This document shows, piece by piece, positions 14,155 through 28,233 of a stretch of 64,000 nt of DNA. Both the position numbers and the translations under genes were made by a program. How positions within the stretch are numbered: the stretch's first letter is position 1; each line of letters opens with the position of its first letter. The notes beneath the pieces were generated by a model. It ran no database searches. It had not been told where the DNA came from and worked only from the letters and a program-made list of their open reading frames with translations. This DNA comes from Isurus oxyrinchus (taxonomy: Eukaryota). The stretch is taken from positions 109,864,001-109,928,000 of the forward strand of contig JANJGN010000010.1 of NCBI GenBank assembly GCA_026770705.1, read 5' to 3'.

Positions 14155-14680
14155 CAGATGTTTTATCTATTAGAAAGGATATTCTTGCATTGGAGACAGT
14201 ACAGCGAAGGTTCACCAAATTGATCCCTGTCCTGTGGGGATTGTCCTATGATGAGAGACTGAGTAAATCGGACCTGTATTCTCTGGAGTTTAGAAGAATG
14301 AGAGGCAATCTCATTGAAACCTACAGGATTCTGAAGGGGCTTGACAGGGTAGATGCTGAGAGATTGTTCCCATTGGTTGGGGAATCTAAAACACAGGGGA
14401 GACACAGTCTCAGGATAAGGGGCCAATCATTGAGGACTGAGGTGAGGAGAAATTACTACACACAGACCTGTGAATCTTTGGAATTCTCTACCCCAGAGGG
14501 TTGAGAATGCTCTATCATTGAATACATTTAAGATTTTTGATCTCTCAAGGAGTTAAGGGATGTGGGGACTGGGTGGGAAAGTGGAGTTAAAGCTCAAGAT
14601 CAGCCATGATCATACTGAATGATGGAGCAGGTTGGATGGGCTATATGATCTACTCCTGCCCCTGTTGTATGTGTTCTTGT
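14155..14680 (+). mobile_element. CR1 LINE 3' fragment
   Basis: RKDILALETVQRRFTKLIP...RRMRGNLIETY. Confidence 0.9.
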
Positions 14681-15403
14681 GTCCAATTAATCTGGGAAAG
14701 GTATCTTTTCACCCATCTATTTTTCCTGATTTCCACTCAACACTTTTGCTTTTTATTATGTTTTCTTTTCCCTTGATGTTCCCTGTCAGCCGTGGTTCAG
14801 CTGGTAGCACTTACCTGCGACATGGAATTTACAGCAAAGAAACAAGTTATTAAGCCCAACAGGTCCATGCCAGTGTTTATGCTCCTCACCAGTTTACTCA
14901 TCTAACCCTGTCAACAATCCATTCCATTCCTTTCTCCCTCATACACTTATCTAACTTCCCTCTAAATGCATGATGCTATTTGCCTTAACCACTCCACATG
15001 GTGGCAAGTTTCACATTCCCACCACAGTACACAAACCCATCCAACTTAGCCCCCAGTTGTTGAACAAATGAATTGGTTTCATTACATTCAGCTTTACTGT
15101 CCAGTTTTATGTGATAATGAGGTATCTGCCTGCTCTTTCCCCTGTAGTAGGTTCTGAATGTCCCTCCTGTTGTGTTTTATGCCTTGGAGATATGCAGAGA
15201 TGATACTCCAGTTTCTACATCTGAACAGGACTTTTATTTACAATGCTTTGAAAATGTCTGCACTCTCACGCTTCCAGCTGCTTCTTTCAGTTTATCTTCA
15301 GTTTCTCAGTTAGCACAACCAGACTTAACTAATGACACGCATAATCAAACACCAAGCAATTGAACAGTTGAATACTACATCCCTCTAGCTACTCAAGGCC
15401 TCA

Positions 15404-15718
<315 letters not shown>

Positions 15719-15952
15719 TTACTCACTGCACATTCAGTGTGAATAAAACCCAGGATCAGCATTGGTGCCATCGTAAATGGACGCCTGAATATTATCAACA
15801 ATAACTAACCAACAATGGGAGGTTAATGCTTACACTATTTTGGTACTTCTAAAAAGGCAGAAGAATTTATGGATAAATTCATACTTTAACAAAACAAATT
15901 TCTGAATATGGGGAAGGCAGTATCTTTTTGTTCATCCTTGAATAACCCATTA

Positions 15953-16243
15953 TGAGGTCTTGTGGCACAGTGGTAACATCCTTATCTCTGGGCCAGAAGC
16001 TCTGGGTTCAAATCCCACCTCAGGACTTGATGGCCATGGAAGGCCAAACAGGTTGATTGTCAGCCTGTAAACCCTTGTAATATGCTTGATGGCAGGTAGT
16101 AAGAGCAGGAGAGTTTCCTGATCAGCAAGAAGGCAATGGCAAACCACTGCAATACTTTGCCAAGCATAATCATGGACCAAACCAAGGGAAGACCATGGTC
16201 ACTAATGCCCTCTTAGGGCATGGTACCTAAAGGAGGAAGAGGA
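15953..16243 (+). mobile_element. tRNA-derived SINE with an RTE-like segment
   Basis: A-box tggcacagtgg, B-box ggttcaaatccc, then gaaggcaatggcaaaccactgcaatactttgcc. Confidence 0.65.
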
Positions 16244-17534
16244 TACAGTCATAATGATTCGGAGTAAATCCAAAACCAGATACTGAACTTCTGCCACTTC
16301 CCAATCAGAAATCTTAGAGCTAGTTCTGCCTAATTAACAATCTCACCTGTGGCTTTGTAGCTTGGAAATTTAAATAAAGGAGCTTCTTATTTACCAATTG
16401 ATTCTGGGCTGTGTCTGTCATTTCCAATACACTTACACCAATACATGTGTGCCCAGATGTGGTTGGCTATTTTATTTTTGGGACCCATTTAATTTGTGAT
16501 TGCTGAACTCTTACAAATGATTTGTACTTCCCTTCATAGAACACTTGCAGAATTATTATCATACTGAAGGCACTAACTAAAGAAAGATCCTGTTTCTCCC
16601 ACTGCAGAGTAAATATTGTTCCTCCAGTTTGATGTCCTCAGTAAAAAGACATCTTGAATGATGCTCAATGGAAAGTTTAAATCAGGAGGACAGCACATTT
16701 ACCTGGCTTTCAGGAAGGTGTTTCACTTTTTCAGGAGTCAATTAGCTACTTTTGCGAATATCAACACTTGTTTCAAACTATAACTAGGCAGAAGAAAAAG
16801 TTCTAAAGAAGAGTCATATTCAACTCAAAATGTTAACTCTATTGCTCTCTCTACAGATGCTGCCAGACCTATTGAGTTTTCCAGAACTTTGTTTTTATTC
16901 TATAATAGAATCCAATCAACTGGTTTAACCTCTATTTTTTAGGTTTGGTTCTCTTACTGGACTGAATTGAAGATTGATTTTAATACAATTTGATTGTCAT
17001 TAAGCACATTTAAAAGCTCATATGCACAAATTCTTCACTGAGGAGGTCCAGACGTCAGATGACTCCCAAGAGACATGCACTGCAGCTAAACCTACCACTG
17101 GCTCCCATGTCCCTGTTTGTTAACTACTAAACTCTCCAGCAGGTCTTACCACTTTCAACTAAGTCCCCAGGCTAAATGATCAGGCCACAAGCTGACAATT
17201 CAGGAAGGTAGTGGAGTCATGCCTAGCCCTCTCAGCCGTTTTCAAAAGAATTTTCATTAAGGATTAACATTTGCCTATCTGCCTTTCTCTACTTTTTATT
17301 TTAAAAATATATTATAATCAGAATAGCATTTACTTAAGTACTGTACAGTTATTCTATGAAGGTAAGGGACTTGTGTTAGATGACACTGGAGTCAGTGGTT
17401 GTGGTAACACATGTTGCAGGCCGCAGTCGAGGATATCATCCACAGAGATTAGTTTGGGGATTATAGGGATGGAGGTGGAGACACCATAAACCTTCATTGG
17501 CTTAACTGATAGCAAGATCACCTTGGCATCGGAA

Positions 17535-17830
17535 AGTTATGGGCTCAAATCCCACTTGAATGCATAGCCTAGTTTGACACTGTAATATGGTACTGAGTGA
17601 GCACTATGTTGTTGGAGGAGCCATCTTTCAGAGAAGACGTTACGTGGGGAATCATCTGTCTGCTCAGGTGGATGTAACAAATTCCAACAAATCAGCCAAC
17701 AAATGATCTGATCATTTATTAATGTGCTGTTTACAGAGCCTTCCTGTGTGAAAATCGAATGATTCTTTCCCCTCATAAGTGTTACACTTCAGAAGTAATT
17801 GATTGGTTGCAAGGTGCTTGTGGATTTAAG
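17535..17830 (+). mobile_element. DeuSINE-like SINE, internally deleted
   Basis: gggctcaaatcccac, gaagacgtta...tcaggtggatgtaa. Confidence 0.6.
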
Positions 17831-17955
17831 GTATGTCTTTCATCTGTTTTATGTTGATTGATAGGCTGGTTTTTTATATACATTTGTTCCTGGGATTTGG
17901 GCATCACTGACAAGGCCAGCTGTTGTTGTCCATCCCTTAATTGCCCTTGAGGAGG

Positions 17956-20000
17956 TAGGAACAAGGAACAGGAGTAGGCCATTCAGCCCTTTCAGCCTGC
18001 TCCGATATTTAACTGGATCATGTCTGATCTTCTTCCAACGCCATCCCCATTTTCCTGCGCTATCCCCATATCTCTTGATGTCATTAGTATCTAGAAATCT
18101 ATTGATTTCTATCTTGAACATACTCAGTGATTGAGCTTCTGCAGCCCTCTGGTGTCAGAGAATTTCAAAAATTCACTACCCTCATCTCAGCCCTGAGGGG
18201 TCTACCTCTTATTCTTAGACTGTGTCCCCTGCTTCTAGACCCACTCTCAACTCCCTGCAGCCAGGATGCTGCAGGTTGGGGAAGATCCAGCTAGGAATGA
18301 ATAACATTTTGCTTAAGGTGAATAAAGGTTGAGATTCAAGACACCTGCTTTTGGAATAAAGCTACAAGATTCCACATGTGTTGAACAAACAGAAACAAAC
18401 TTTACTACACAAGTTCAGAAAGATAAAACAATTCACAATATGTATCCTACACTGTAACATCCAGGGTAAGTATGAGGTACATGTGGATTAAAAGGCGAAC
18501 TGTGGTTGAACACACCACACTACAGAGAAAATGACAGATGCAACTAACACAGAGTCCATGAATTTCTCAAGAACTCACCCAGACGTCAGGAAACACCAAG
18601 TCAAACAATCTTGTTGAAACTCTGTCTCACGAGAGATTCCCAACTTCACCTTCAAAGATCTCTCCTTGGAATTCTCTCCAAAAGTTGCTGCCACACAGAC
18701 GACTTTAATAATGGCCTACCTCATAGGGTTTCAATCGTGCCTTCCAAGATTCCTTCTCCCTGGATTCCCGAGTTTGCACTTCAACCTCTAATTACTGGCA
18801 TAATTTCAGCTTTTTGCTAGACAGCTGGCACCACCTGAGTTTCGCCAAACTCCTGTCTTCTGGCAGTATCCAGCTCCCAAGGCTTCCTCTGAGCCCTCTT
18901 CAATTACCAGAGCTTCCCCTAAGCCCTCTTCTCAGCTCCTTGGAGCTAACAGCAGCACTTTGGCTGCATGGAGCTTCTTCCCTCTGCTCCTGACTCTCCC
19001 AAAACTGACCGTCTCAAGAAGAGCTGTTCACTGACCTTTGAACTGTTGAAGGGACCTATCAAAACACTCCCAGAGAGTCCCACTCATGTTACTAGGCAGG
19101 AACCAATGTAATGAGCATCCTGTACCTTAAATGTTACAATCTCCACAGAAGCCTAATTCAGCACCCAGGGACACACAGATTCAATGTATTTCATGATACC
19201 TTGTCGAGCTCTTTAAGAATTTTGTAAGTTTCAATGAGATCACCTCTCATTCTTCTAAACTCTAGAGAATATAGTCCCAATCTCTCCTCAATGGACAGTC
19301 CTGCCATCCCAGGAATCAGTCTGGTGAACCTGTGCCACACTCCCTTTACTGCAAGTAAATCTTTCCTTAGGTAAGGAGACCAAAAATGTACGCAATACTA
19401 CAGGTGCGTTTTAACCAAGGCGCTATACAATTGAAGCAAGACATCTTTACCCCTGTTCTCAAATCCTCCTGTAATAAAGCCCATCATGCCATTTGCCTAC
19501 TTAATTGCTTGCTGCACCTGCATATTAGCTTTCAGTGACTTATGAACAATTTATTTTGTTAGCAATGGTTGACTCACTTTTCCTGTTTGGTTTTTGTGCC
19601 CTAAAGAATGTATTTGGTTGTAAACCATGTATTAACATTGTCTGCTCACTGTCATACCTTTTAATGTGTTTTCCCAATCCAGCACAATCCACCAACTTGC
19701 CCCTCATGCTTTCATAGTTTCCTTTGTTTAGATTTAAGACCCTAGTTTCGGATTGAACAACACAGTTTTCAAACTTAATGGAAAATTCCATTATGTTATG
19801 GTCACTCTGCCCTAGGGGTTCTTTTACAACAAGGTTATTAATTTGACCTCTCTCATTACATAATACTTGACTTAACATAGCCTGTTCCCTAGTTAATTCC
19901 TCAACATACTGCTCTAGAAAATCATCTCATACACATTCCATGAGTTCGTCCTCCATAGCATTAATGCTCATTAGGTTTACCCAGTCTATATGTAGATTGA
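17956..20000 (-). mobile_element. CR1 LINE fragments (3' end joined to endonuclease region), interrupted by a ~930 bp insertion
   Basis: CR1 3' end at 17956; ORF 19540-19878 contains EPLGQSDHNIMEF (APE endonuclease SDH motif). Confidence 0.8.
18265..19196. mobile_element. Unclassified insertion, possibly a solo LTR
   Basis: Interrupts the CR1, which resumes at ccttgtcgagc; no ORF homology; no clean TSD seen. Confidence 0.4.
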
Positions 20001-21964
20001 AATTTTCAGGGACTGCTTTTGACCTAGGAACTGCTGATTCAGATGGCCTCCAAGATGAGGAAGAGACTCAAACTTTGTGACCTCCCTTTGCAATCCAATC
20101 TCATTTACTCTTGCAGCTCATATTGAGCATTCAAATGAATTTTTTTATATAATTTACAAGTTTATGTTAGGTTACAAATCTTTTGATATTTCCTCTTCAT
20201 GGCATTTTTGAGAGTAAAGAATTAGCAAAAGAAGATCTTCAGTTAGTTTAAGCGGAGACAATGCTGCTCACCACTCACTGATTTACTTTGAACCATTCGA
20301 CTTGCCGTCATTTACTTTCCACTTGTCAGTAAGAAAATAAGCAGCTCCCAGAGTTCAGATTGATGATGTTGCCATGCCAAACTCTCTACATGCCAAAGAG
20401 TGAGCTCATTATGCAGGTGGCATTTTTTGGATCCCTTCTGATTTGAAAAAAGGTACTGCAATTCCTGGTTTCCTACCACCCAAAAAAAAACTAGGGAGCA
20501 TGGGGCTGAGGATGGGGCTGTGGGTAGGATGCTGGTGAAGGACAGAAACGGAAGACTATACAAGGCTTTTTAATCTGGAATCAAACCAGAACAGCTTCCT
20601 TGGTACAATCAGATCAGCCTTTTATACCTGGGAATGGACTTCCCTTACTCTGACAACATTAGCCTGCATTTTGGATGGTGCTTCCTAACAGCTTCATTTT
20701 GATTAATGTAGTTCAACTTATCAGGCAAAGTGTCTTAGAAATGGGGTGTACTAAGCAGTAACACAGGTACTGCAACAATATAGGCATTGGTTTAAATCTT
20801 CCTCCAGGTCTTAGAGAATACAGGCCTCTTTGTTAACACAACAATGCTGTATAATAAATCAAAAATGTCCCCAGTCAGAAATATGGTTAGGTTATTCTGA
20901 GAAACATCTATTTTAATTAAAAATCCTGGAATTTCTAAGACATGTATCCGGCACATTAATTACCACAGTTGTCATACTGATATTAATAAGGATTTCCACC
21001 CTAACATTCCTTGAACAGTATAGTGTAGCGCTGTTCTCACATTCTCCAGGCACTACATCTTACCAGCAATTCATGGTGCCAAGTCCAGTGAACAGCTAGC
21101 ATTCTTTCAGAAGCAGCTTTGGTCATACCCCATCGACATTAAGCTTAGCTGGTCAACGTTGAAGGGAGCCTGGTGATGTTACTTTGCTTCAGTTGGGAGG
21201 TGGGGGGGGGGGAGGGGGGGGTGGTGGTGGTGCATACACTTCCTTACTAGGGTTGTGATTGGCCTATTCTGAGCAAGATCAACAGAAGCCTGGGAACATA
21301 CTGGGAATCACATTAAATAGGGACTTTCTCTGGTATCCAGGCCAAAATTTTTACCTCAATGACATCACTAAATTTGTTCATTATCACATTGCTATTTGTG
21401 GAAGCTTGCTGTGCACGGATTGGCTGTTGTGTTCCCTACATCACAAAAATGACTTTGCTTCAGTGTATTTCATTGGCTGTAAAGTACTTTGGGATGTCCT
21501 GGGGTCATAACAGGTGCTATATAAATTCAAGTTATTTTTAAAGTGTCAGTGAGTGTTTTAATGCAGTGGAGTGAGGGGGTGGTGAAAGCATAAAAGTTTG
21601 AGAAAATTGTACTTGAAAACTAATGGCAAAGGACCTTATTAAAGCAAAATGCACAGGACTAATCTAGGCAAAGAGTATTTACAATGTGAAGATCAGGTCT
21701 AGAACTGGAATCGAATCAGGCCATGGAAATAGCTGGCACTTTGAATCACGATCAGGACTTGGCCCAAGGGCTGAACTGAATCTGGATTGGAATTCTGGCC
21801 CTGGCAAGAACCTTCTAGTTCATTCATGTTCATGTGAATGAAGCAAAAGTGAATAATTACCTTGAGCACCATGAAAACTCAATGTAACACTGCCTCACAA
21901 TGGAGCTGGCTCACCCTGCAGGCATTTAATGGCTGTCACTCTGGTAATGCGCTCAAGGTGGGAC

Positions 21965-22320
21965 TTCCATAGGAACATAGGGCTTAGGAGTAGGCCATTC
22001 AACCCTTCAAGCCTACTCCACTATTCAATAAGATCATGGCTGATCAGGTTGTGGTCTCAACTCCTTTCCTGTTAGCCCACATAATCTTTGACTCTCTTGT
22101 CTATCAAAAACCTGTTCAACTCAGCCTCAAATAAATTCAATGTCTCAGCTTCCACTGTTTTCTGAAGAGAATTCCACATAGTAATGACCCTCAGAGAAAA
22201 AAAATTCTCCTCACTTCAGTCTTAAAAGGGAGAACAAAATTGTGTCCCGTAGTTCTAATTCCCCCCAACAAGTGGAAACATCCTCCTGGTATCCACCCTG
22301 TCAAGTCCACTTCTATCTGG
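21965..22320 (-). mobile_element. CR1 LINE 3' fragment
   Basis: cataggaacatagg...taggccattcaacc tail; reverse FKTEVRRIFF. Confidence 0.75.
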
Positions 22321-22489
22321 AGAAGATGTCCTGCCTCCAAGAACTTCCAACAATCAAATGGCTGGCAGCTATCTGATCCCAGCAGTGTCACCAGGACCAA
22401 GGGAGTTAGAGGGCCATGGTTGCGGGGATATGTAGGGGTGGGAATAACTTGGTGGGGGTGAGAGGGGGGCAATTCCAATGGGCACAGAG

Positions 22490-23031
22490 GGCCTGGAATT
22501 AATGGCCAGCCAGCATGAATCGCGCACTGAAATGCTCACTGCTACCTGGGTGTGGAGTGGGGGAGGGACAAGGAGGAAAAGCATGGGAGTCAGTGCATGC
22601 ACGGGGGAGTGCGCAGAGAGAGCTGCCTCAGGGAGCTGAAGATTTTTAACATTAAAAATTAAGCATTATGAAAAAAGGAAAACATGAGCAGGACATGTTA
22701 GAAATGAGATTGAAAATTTTCTATTTTATTTTTAATTAACATCGGAAACCTCATTCCGCCCGTGGATGAGGTTTCCTCAAAAATCCAAAGGCTGCCTGGC
22801 TTTTTTGCCCGCCCGCCAACCGTAAGGTTGAACGGGCAGGGAAAAATCCACTTTAATTAATTTATTAATGGGCTTAACAGCTCCCTTAATTGTCGGCGGG
22901 CATGTGTGGAAGTCAGCAGCGTGCCTGCCAACCAAAATATCGGTTGGGACACTCACCCGATGTCATCACGCGCTATTTCATGCTGGTGCGTGCAGGGCGT
23001 GCGCCCGCATGCTGAGGTGAAAATCCAGCCC
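22490..23031. mobile_element. Harbinger-type MITE (orientation B; left end degraded)
   Basis: gaaacctcattccgcccgtggatgaggtttc hairpin; right TIR aaaatccagccc. Confidence 0.75.
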
Positions 23032-23293
23032 TTTGTCTTGAGAGGCATTTCTTTTCTACTTCCTGATCCTTGACATAATAAAATTCACACGGTGCTAAAA
23101 ACAAAGCAGACTACTCCAGATGCACAAACAGAATTCAATACTGAAATATCAATGGCCCAGACCAAGGACATCTATAACTGCATGAATTCTTCATCAGGCC
23201 AATAAAATTAAACCGAGCTGGGCCACTGCCCAGGCCAAAGAGATGAAGTTGGGGTGAATATGATTGACATCCTTTGTATTTTTTTTAATATTA

Positions 23294-23509
<216 letters not shown>

Positions 23510-24294
23510 TTATTAGAGCAAAATACGTGCAGTTCTCCTGATTGGCAGTTGTCCCCTCTGCAGTCTTTTCCCAAAACTCACAATTGATTATTTTCTTGTA
23601 CATAATTGAATGAACGAGACTGGTATGGGCCCTGACTTTATTCCCCACTTAAAAAAATGCAATGCCAAATGGAATCTCCTTCCATGAACTTTAAACCATT
23701 CATCATGAGCTCACATCTGACTTTTATATTTTCACCACCTCAATCAGCTCAGTGAGGGGACTTGGCCTAAGGACTGAACTTGCAGATATCAATGAATGTC
23801 AACAAGGCATCCTCACGGGTCACAGTTCTAATTCAAAGGACTGATCCAGATTCTTCCACCCTACTCTACAGTATAGAAAAATGATTTTCCAGTAACTTTC
23901 ATTGCTGCACAATGCCCTCAAACTCTTCTCTTGTTGTGTGACCACACCTTCTCTCACAACTCTTCCACGCAGGCTCTGGCTCAAGCCACAGTAGGAGTAT
24001 TCACATCATGGCCATTGTCAGGCTTTTTTTAAGCCTGGGAATCCTTCGAGAACACTACACCCAACTTTCTGATGAACTGAAAAGATTATATGGAAGCAAT
24101 AGTTTGTCTAAGAGACTGAAAGAGAATCAAAAATCAATGGAGTGTTTTCTGTCTAATGTGACCCGATTGCAGAATGGCTGCTGCATGTTTTCATCCTCAA
24201 ATGGTTTCTCAAGTTGCACGAGAGCTGTGGCAAGGTTAACTTACTTTTAACAAATCAACATTGTTTTCAAAATGTGTTATCTTTATTCTCATCT

Positions 24295-25075
24295 TATGCA
24301 ATCCAAGAAAAGCAGCTGAACAGCTTCCACTTTCACTGCCTGAGGTGAATATTGGGGATCTCCTGGCGGCATAGAGTGGCGGAGTACACCGGCGTGCCGG
24401 AATCTCCAGCATATCTGCCCTCTTGGGTCAGCAGCAACTTGGTTGGCCCAGTCACGTGAGCCAAATGGATGATGAACACACAACCAAAGACATGTGAGCT
24501 TGCTACCGGCATGAGGCCAACAGGTCACCCACGTCTGCAATACAAGGATGTCTGTAAATGAGACTTTGGGTTGGAGTCGAAGCATGGGATGCTCTCGCTG
24601 CTGACTGGAGTGTCTACAGACAAGCAGTCAGGAAGGGTTTGAAAAACCACCACCTTCACAATTTCAACTAGGGATGGGCAATAAATGCTGGCCCAGCCAG
24701 CCATCCTGTGAATGAATAAAATAAAAAGCAGAGGACAAAAGAAATGACCAGGTGGCAGAAATAAGAGCCCACCAGAAGTCAACCTTGGGCCAACTCTATT
24801 CATCTGTGCTGGCTGTGGAAGGAACTGCCACTCATAGTCAGCCTCTACAACCACAACAGCAATGTTCAATCCAACAATGACATACATTCTGTTGAAGGGT
24901 CATGAGGACTCGAAATGTCAACTCTTTTCTTCTCCACCGATGCTGCCAGACCTGCTGAGTTTTTCCAAGTAATTCTGTTTTGTTTTGGAGTTCCAGCATC
25001 CGCAGTTTTTTTGTTTTTATTAATGACATACACCATGCAGTCCATTGTCTCCCTCATCAGTCAGATGCCTAATGA
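24295..25075 (+). mobile_element. RTE-clade LINE 3' remnant with nested family B tail (24645-24725) and Penelope terminus
   Basis: cagctgaacagcttccactttcactgcctgagg...atattggggatctcctgg reads as QLNSFHFHCL..ILGISW, the RTE ORF C-terminal motif. Confidence 0.6.
24887..25021 (+). mobile_element. Penelope-like terminus, 11-bp TSD
   Basis: aatgacataca at 24876-24886 and 25022-25032; near-identical to the 546-844 arms. Confidence 0.8.
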
Positions 25076-25699
25076 TCTCTATCCACATCTCACTTAGAAA
25101 CAAACTTACAAACCAGCTCATTGGTTTTCAAAAAGTAAATCTGATTAATCATACCCAATTGATTGCGTATGCCAACAAGATCACCTCATGGGCTGGTAGA
25201 CAATTTAGAGCACATGGATTGGCCTATATTACTGCAGTATTTCAAGTATCTTTTCCTGGTTTATCATTTTTAATACAAAATATGAAGAAAACAAACAAAC
25301 CATCCCAGGGAGAAAATATCTGCTAAAATGCTTTCATCGAAAGAAAAGGTGGAACTTCCTCAAACAGCAATATCAAGGAGCACTCCCTTGAAAAGAGATG
25401 AGTTAGAAAAAAACACCCAAGTCTCAGGACAAAAGTGGAAACTGCATTTGGGGTAACCATTAGCCCAAGGATCAATCAGTCTATTCAATACTTTCTAAAG
25501 TAGCATTACTGGAAAATGGGAGGAGCGGAAGAAAGATGAATACAACCAGAGAATCAAAAGTGCAAAAGGAGGCTATTCAGCCCATTGTGCCTTTGTCAAA
25601 TCATAGAAAGAACAATATGATTAGACCAACTCTCAACCCTTTCATAAATTTTAAATACAAGAAAAGCAAAACATTTTAGCACTAAGTCCCATTTTGAAA

Positions 25700-27940
25700 G
25701 GTACCATTGATTCTCTTAGGGTCCGGGATTCTCTTAAGAGTCCAGTATTGGAAACAGGTGGACCTGCAAAGGATACCTGTACGCAATTAGCAGATAAACA
25801 GAGGGTGAGGCTCGGTGCCTTCACTCACCTTCCAGGAGTGGAGACAGCTGGACATGCGAGGGTCACCTCTACTCAGGCAGCAGGCTGAGTTTGAAAAAAA
25901 AATCTAGGAGTGACTTCACAGGAAAACCGTAAGTTCATTGAGTTGTTGTTAGGGAGTGTTTTTAAATAGCTTGAAACTAGAAAAATATATAATTTATATA
26001 GAAGTAGCTACTTGGATTTCAGTAAAAAGCACTAGCGATAGGGAAGTAAAGTTAAATCAAGTCAAAGTGAAATAAAGTAATAAAGTAAACCAAAGTAAGT
26101 TAAAGTTAGTGTAAGTATAGTAAAGTTGAGTTACTAGCAATTTATTCTACTTATTCTACTTTAAGTGTAATAAATAGGTTTGAGAGTTACGGGATGGCAG
26201 GTTAGCTTGGCCAATTGGAGTGTATGTCTTGCGATATGTGTGAAGTTGTGGACGCATCATCCCTGACAAACATATCAATGATTTAGATGTGGGGACCAAA
26301 TACAATGGCCATAATTTTCCCGTTGGTGATTTGGGGGCGGGGCCCGCTCGCCGATGGGAAAATGACATGGGATGATGTCAGGAGGAACCCTCGACATCAT
26401 CCCAGTCCCTTTAAACTTTTAGGAAGGCGGGCAGACAACGAAATCAGCTGTCCGCCCGCCGACCTGTCAATGGCCAATTAAGGCCATTGACAGGCTAATT
26501 AAGATCATTAAAGACCTGCCCGTCCAACCTTAAGGCTGGCGGGCAGGCCAGGACCCCGGCAGCCTCTGATAATATATGAAACCTCATCCACTGGGATGAG
26601 GTTTCAAGTCCGTTTTTAAAAAGTTTAATAAAGTTTATGAAGTTTTTAATTAACATGTCCCACCTTTTGTGACATTGTCACATGAGGGGGACATGTTAAT
26701 AATTTTAAGATTTTTCTATTTTTAAAGATTTTTGTACCGTCAGTAATCTCCCTGAGATAGCACTTAGTCTCAGGGAGATGTGCGCTCTTTCGTGTGCATG
26801 CGTGAAAGAGCGCACTTTAACAGCTGGGGATTCCCCCACCGCACAGGAAGCGCATAGTGCTTCCTGTTGGGAAGGCTGCTGGGCAGGCCTTAATTGGCCC
26901 GCCCACTCAAAATGGCGGCAGGCCCTGTTTCGGCAGCAGGGGTCGACTGTCCACCCACCACCGAGCCGCTGGGGTCCTCATGTCCAAGGGCAAAATTCTG
27001 CCCAATATTTCAAGTTCGTGGATGATACAAAGCAGGAGGGAATGTGTGTTGTGAGGAAGATGTAAAGCAGCCACAGGAGGATTTGTGAATGAGGACTTAG
27101 TGAGTGGGCAAGAACTTGGCAGATGGAATATAATGTAGAAAAATATAAGGTTATCTACTTTGGTACAAGTAACAGATGTGCAGTGCATTTCCTAAATAGT
27201 AAGAAATTAGAAAGTGTAGAAGTACAAAGGGATCTGGGTGTCCTTGTCCATAAGTCACCGAAAGCTAACAGGTAGGTGCGGCAGGCAATTAGGAAAGCTA
27301 ATGGAATGTTAGCCTTCATTGCAAGAGGATTTGAGTACAGGAGTAGTGAAGTCTTGCTTCAATTGTATAGAAGCTTGGTTAGACTGCAGCTGGAGTACTG
27401 TGTGCAGTTTTGGTACCCTTACCTCAGAGAGGATATTATTGCCACAGAGGGCGTACAGCAAAGGTTCACCAGACTTGTTCCGGGGATGGCGGGTCTGTCT
27501 TATGAAGAGATGGTGGTAAAACTGGGCCTGCATTTTCTACAGTTTCGAAGAATGAGAGATGATCTCATTGAAACCTACAAAATGCTTAAAGGATAGACAG
27601 GGTAGATGCAGGTAAGATGTTTCCTCTGGTTGGGGAGTCTAGAACCAGGGGACACAATTTCAAAATAAGGGGGAAGCCGCTTATGATGGAGATGAGGAGA
27701 AATTTCTTTACTCAAAGGATTGTGAATCTTTGGAATTCTCTACCCTACAAGTCCGTGGAAGCTCAGTCATTGAGTGTGTTTAAGGTAGAGATTGATAGAT
27801 TTCTGATTAACAATAATGTAAATGGTTATGGGGATAGTGTGGGTAAAAGGCATTGAAGTGCTCGATCAGACATGATCGTATTGAATGACGGAGCAGGCTC
27901 AACAGGCTGAATGGCCTTCTCCTGTTCTTATGTTCCTAAT
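25700..27940 (+). mobile_element. CR1 LINE with 5'UTR/ORF1 start fused to the RT 3' half; MITE nested inside
   Basis: ATG at 26194 gives MAG*LGQLECMSCDMCE (ORF1 Cys motif), then INDLD at ~26274; ORFs 27276-27596 and 27617-27856 are the ORF2 C-terminus. Confidence 0.75.
26307..27003. mobile_element. Harbinger-type MITE (orientation A), TSD AAT
   Basis: TIRs ggccataatttt / aaaattctgccc; removing it restores CR1 aaatacaatatttcaagt. Confidence 0.85.
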
Positions 27941-28233
27941 CTCCAAGGAATGGCAAGTAAAAATGAGGGGGGAAAGGAAAAAGGCTTTATGCAAAAAAAT
28001 AGGTTGTGGTCCTGTGAACTGTCTTAATTTACACACTGAAAATAAATTAATTCCTTTCATTGTTTCAACAATTTGAAACATGCAGAATATTATAATTTCT
28101 AAAAAGAAAGGTATAGCAGTTAGAAAATATTCAGCAGTTCAAGCAGCAACGTGATATTGAAGTGAAATCAGGATGCTCTTGTGAGAGTAGGGAATTGTTA
28201 AAGGAGCTTATACTAAGTAAAGGTGGAAGAAGT

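Noticed and set aside
15953-16025. tRNA gene
   Set aside because: Only A/B boxes of a SINE head; no complete cloverleaf. The same applies to the other SINE heads.
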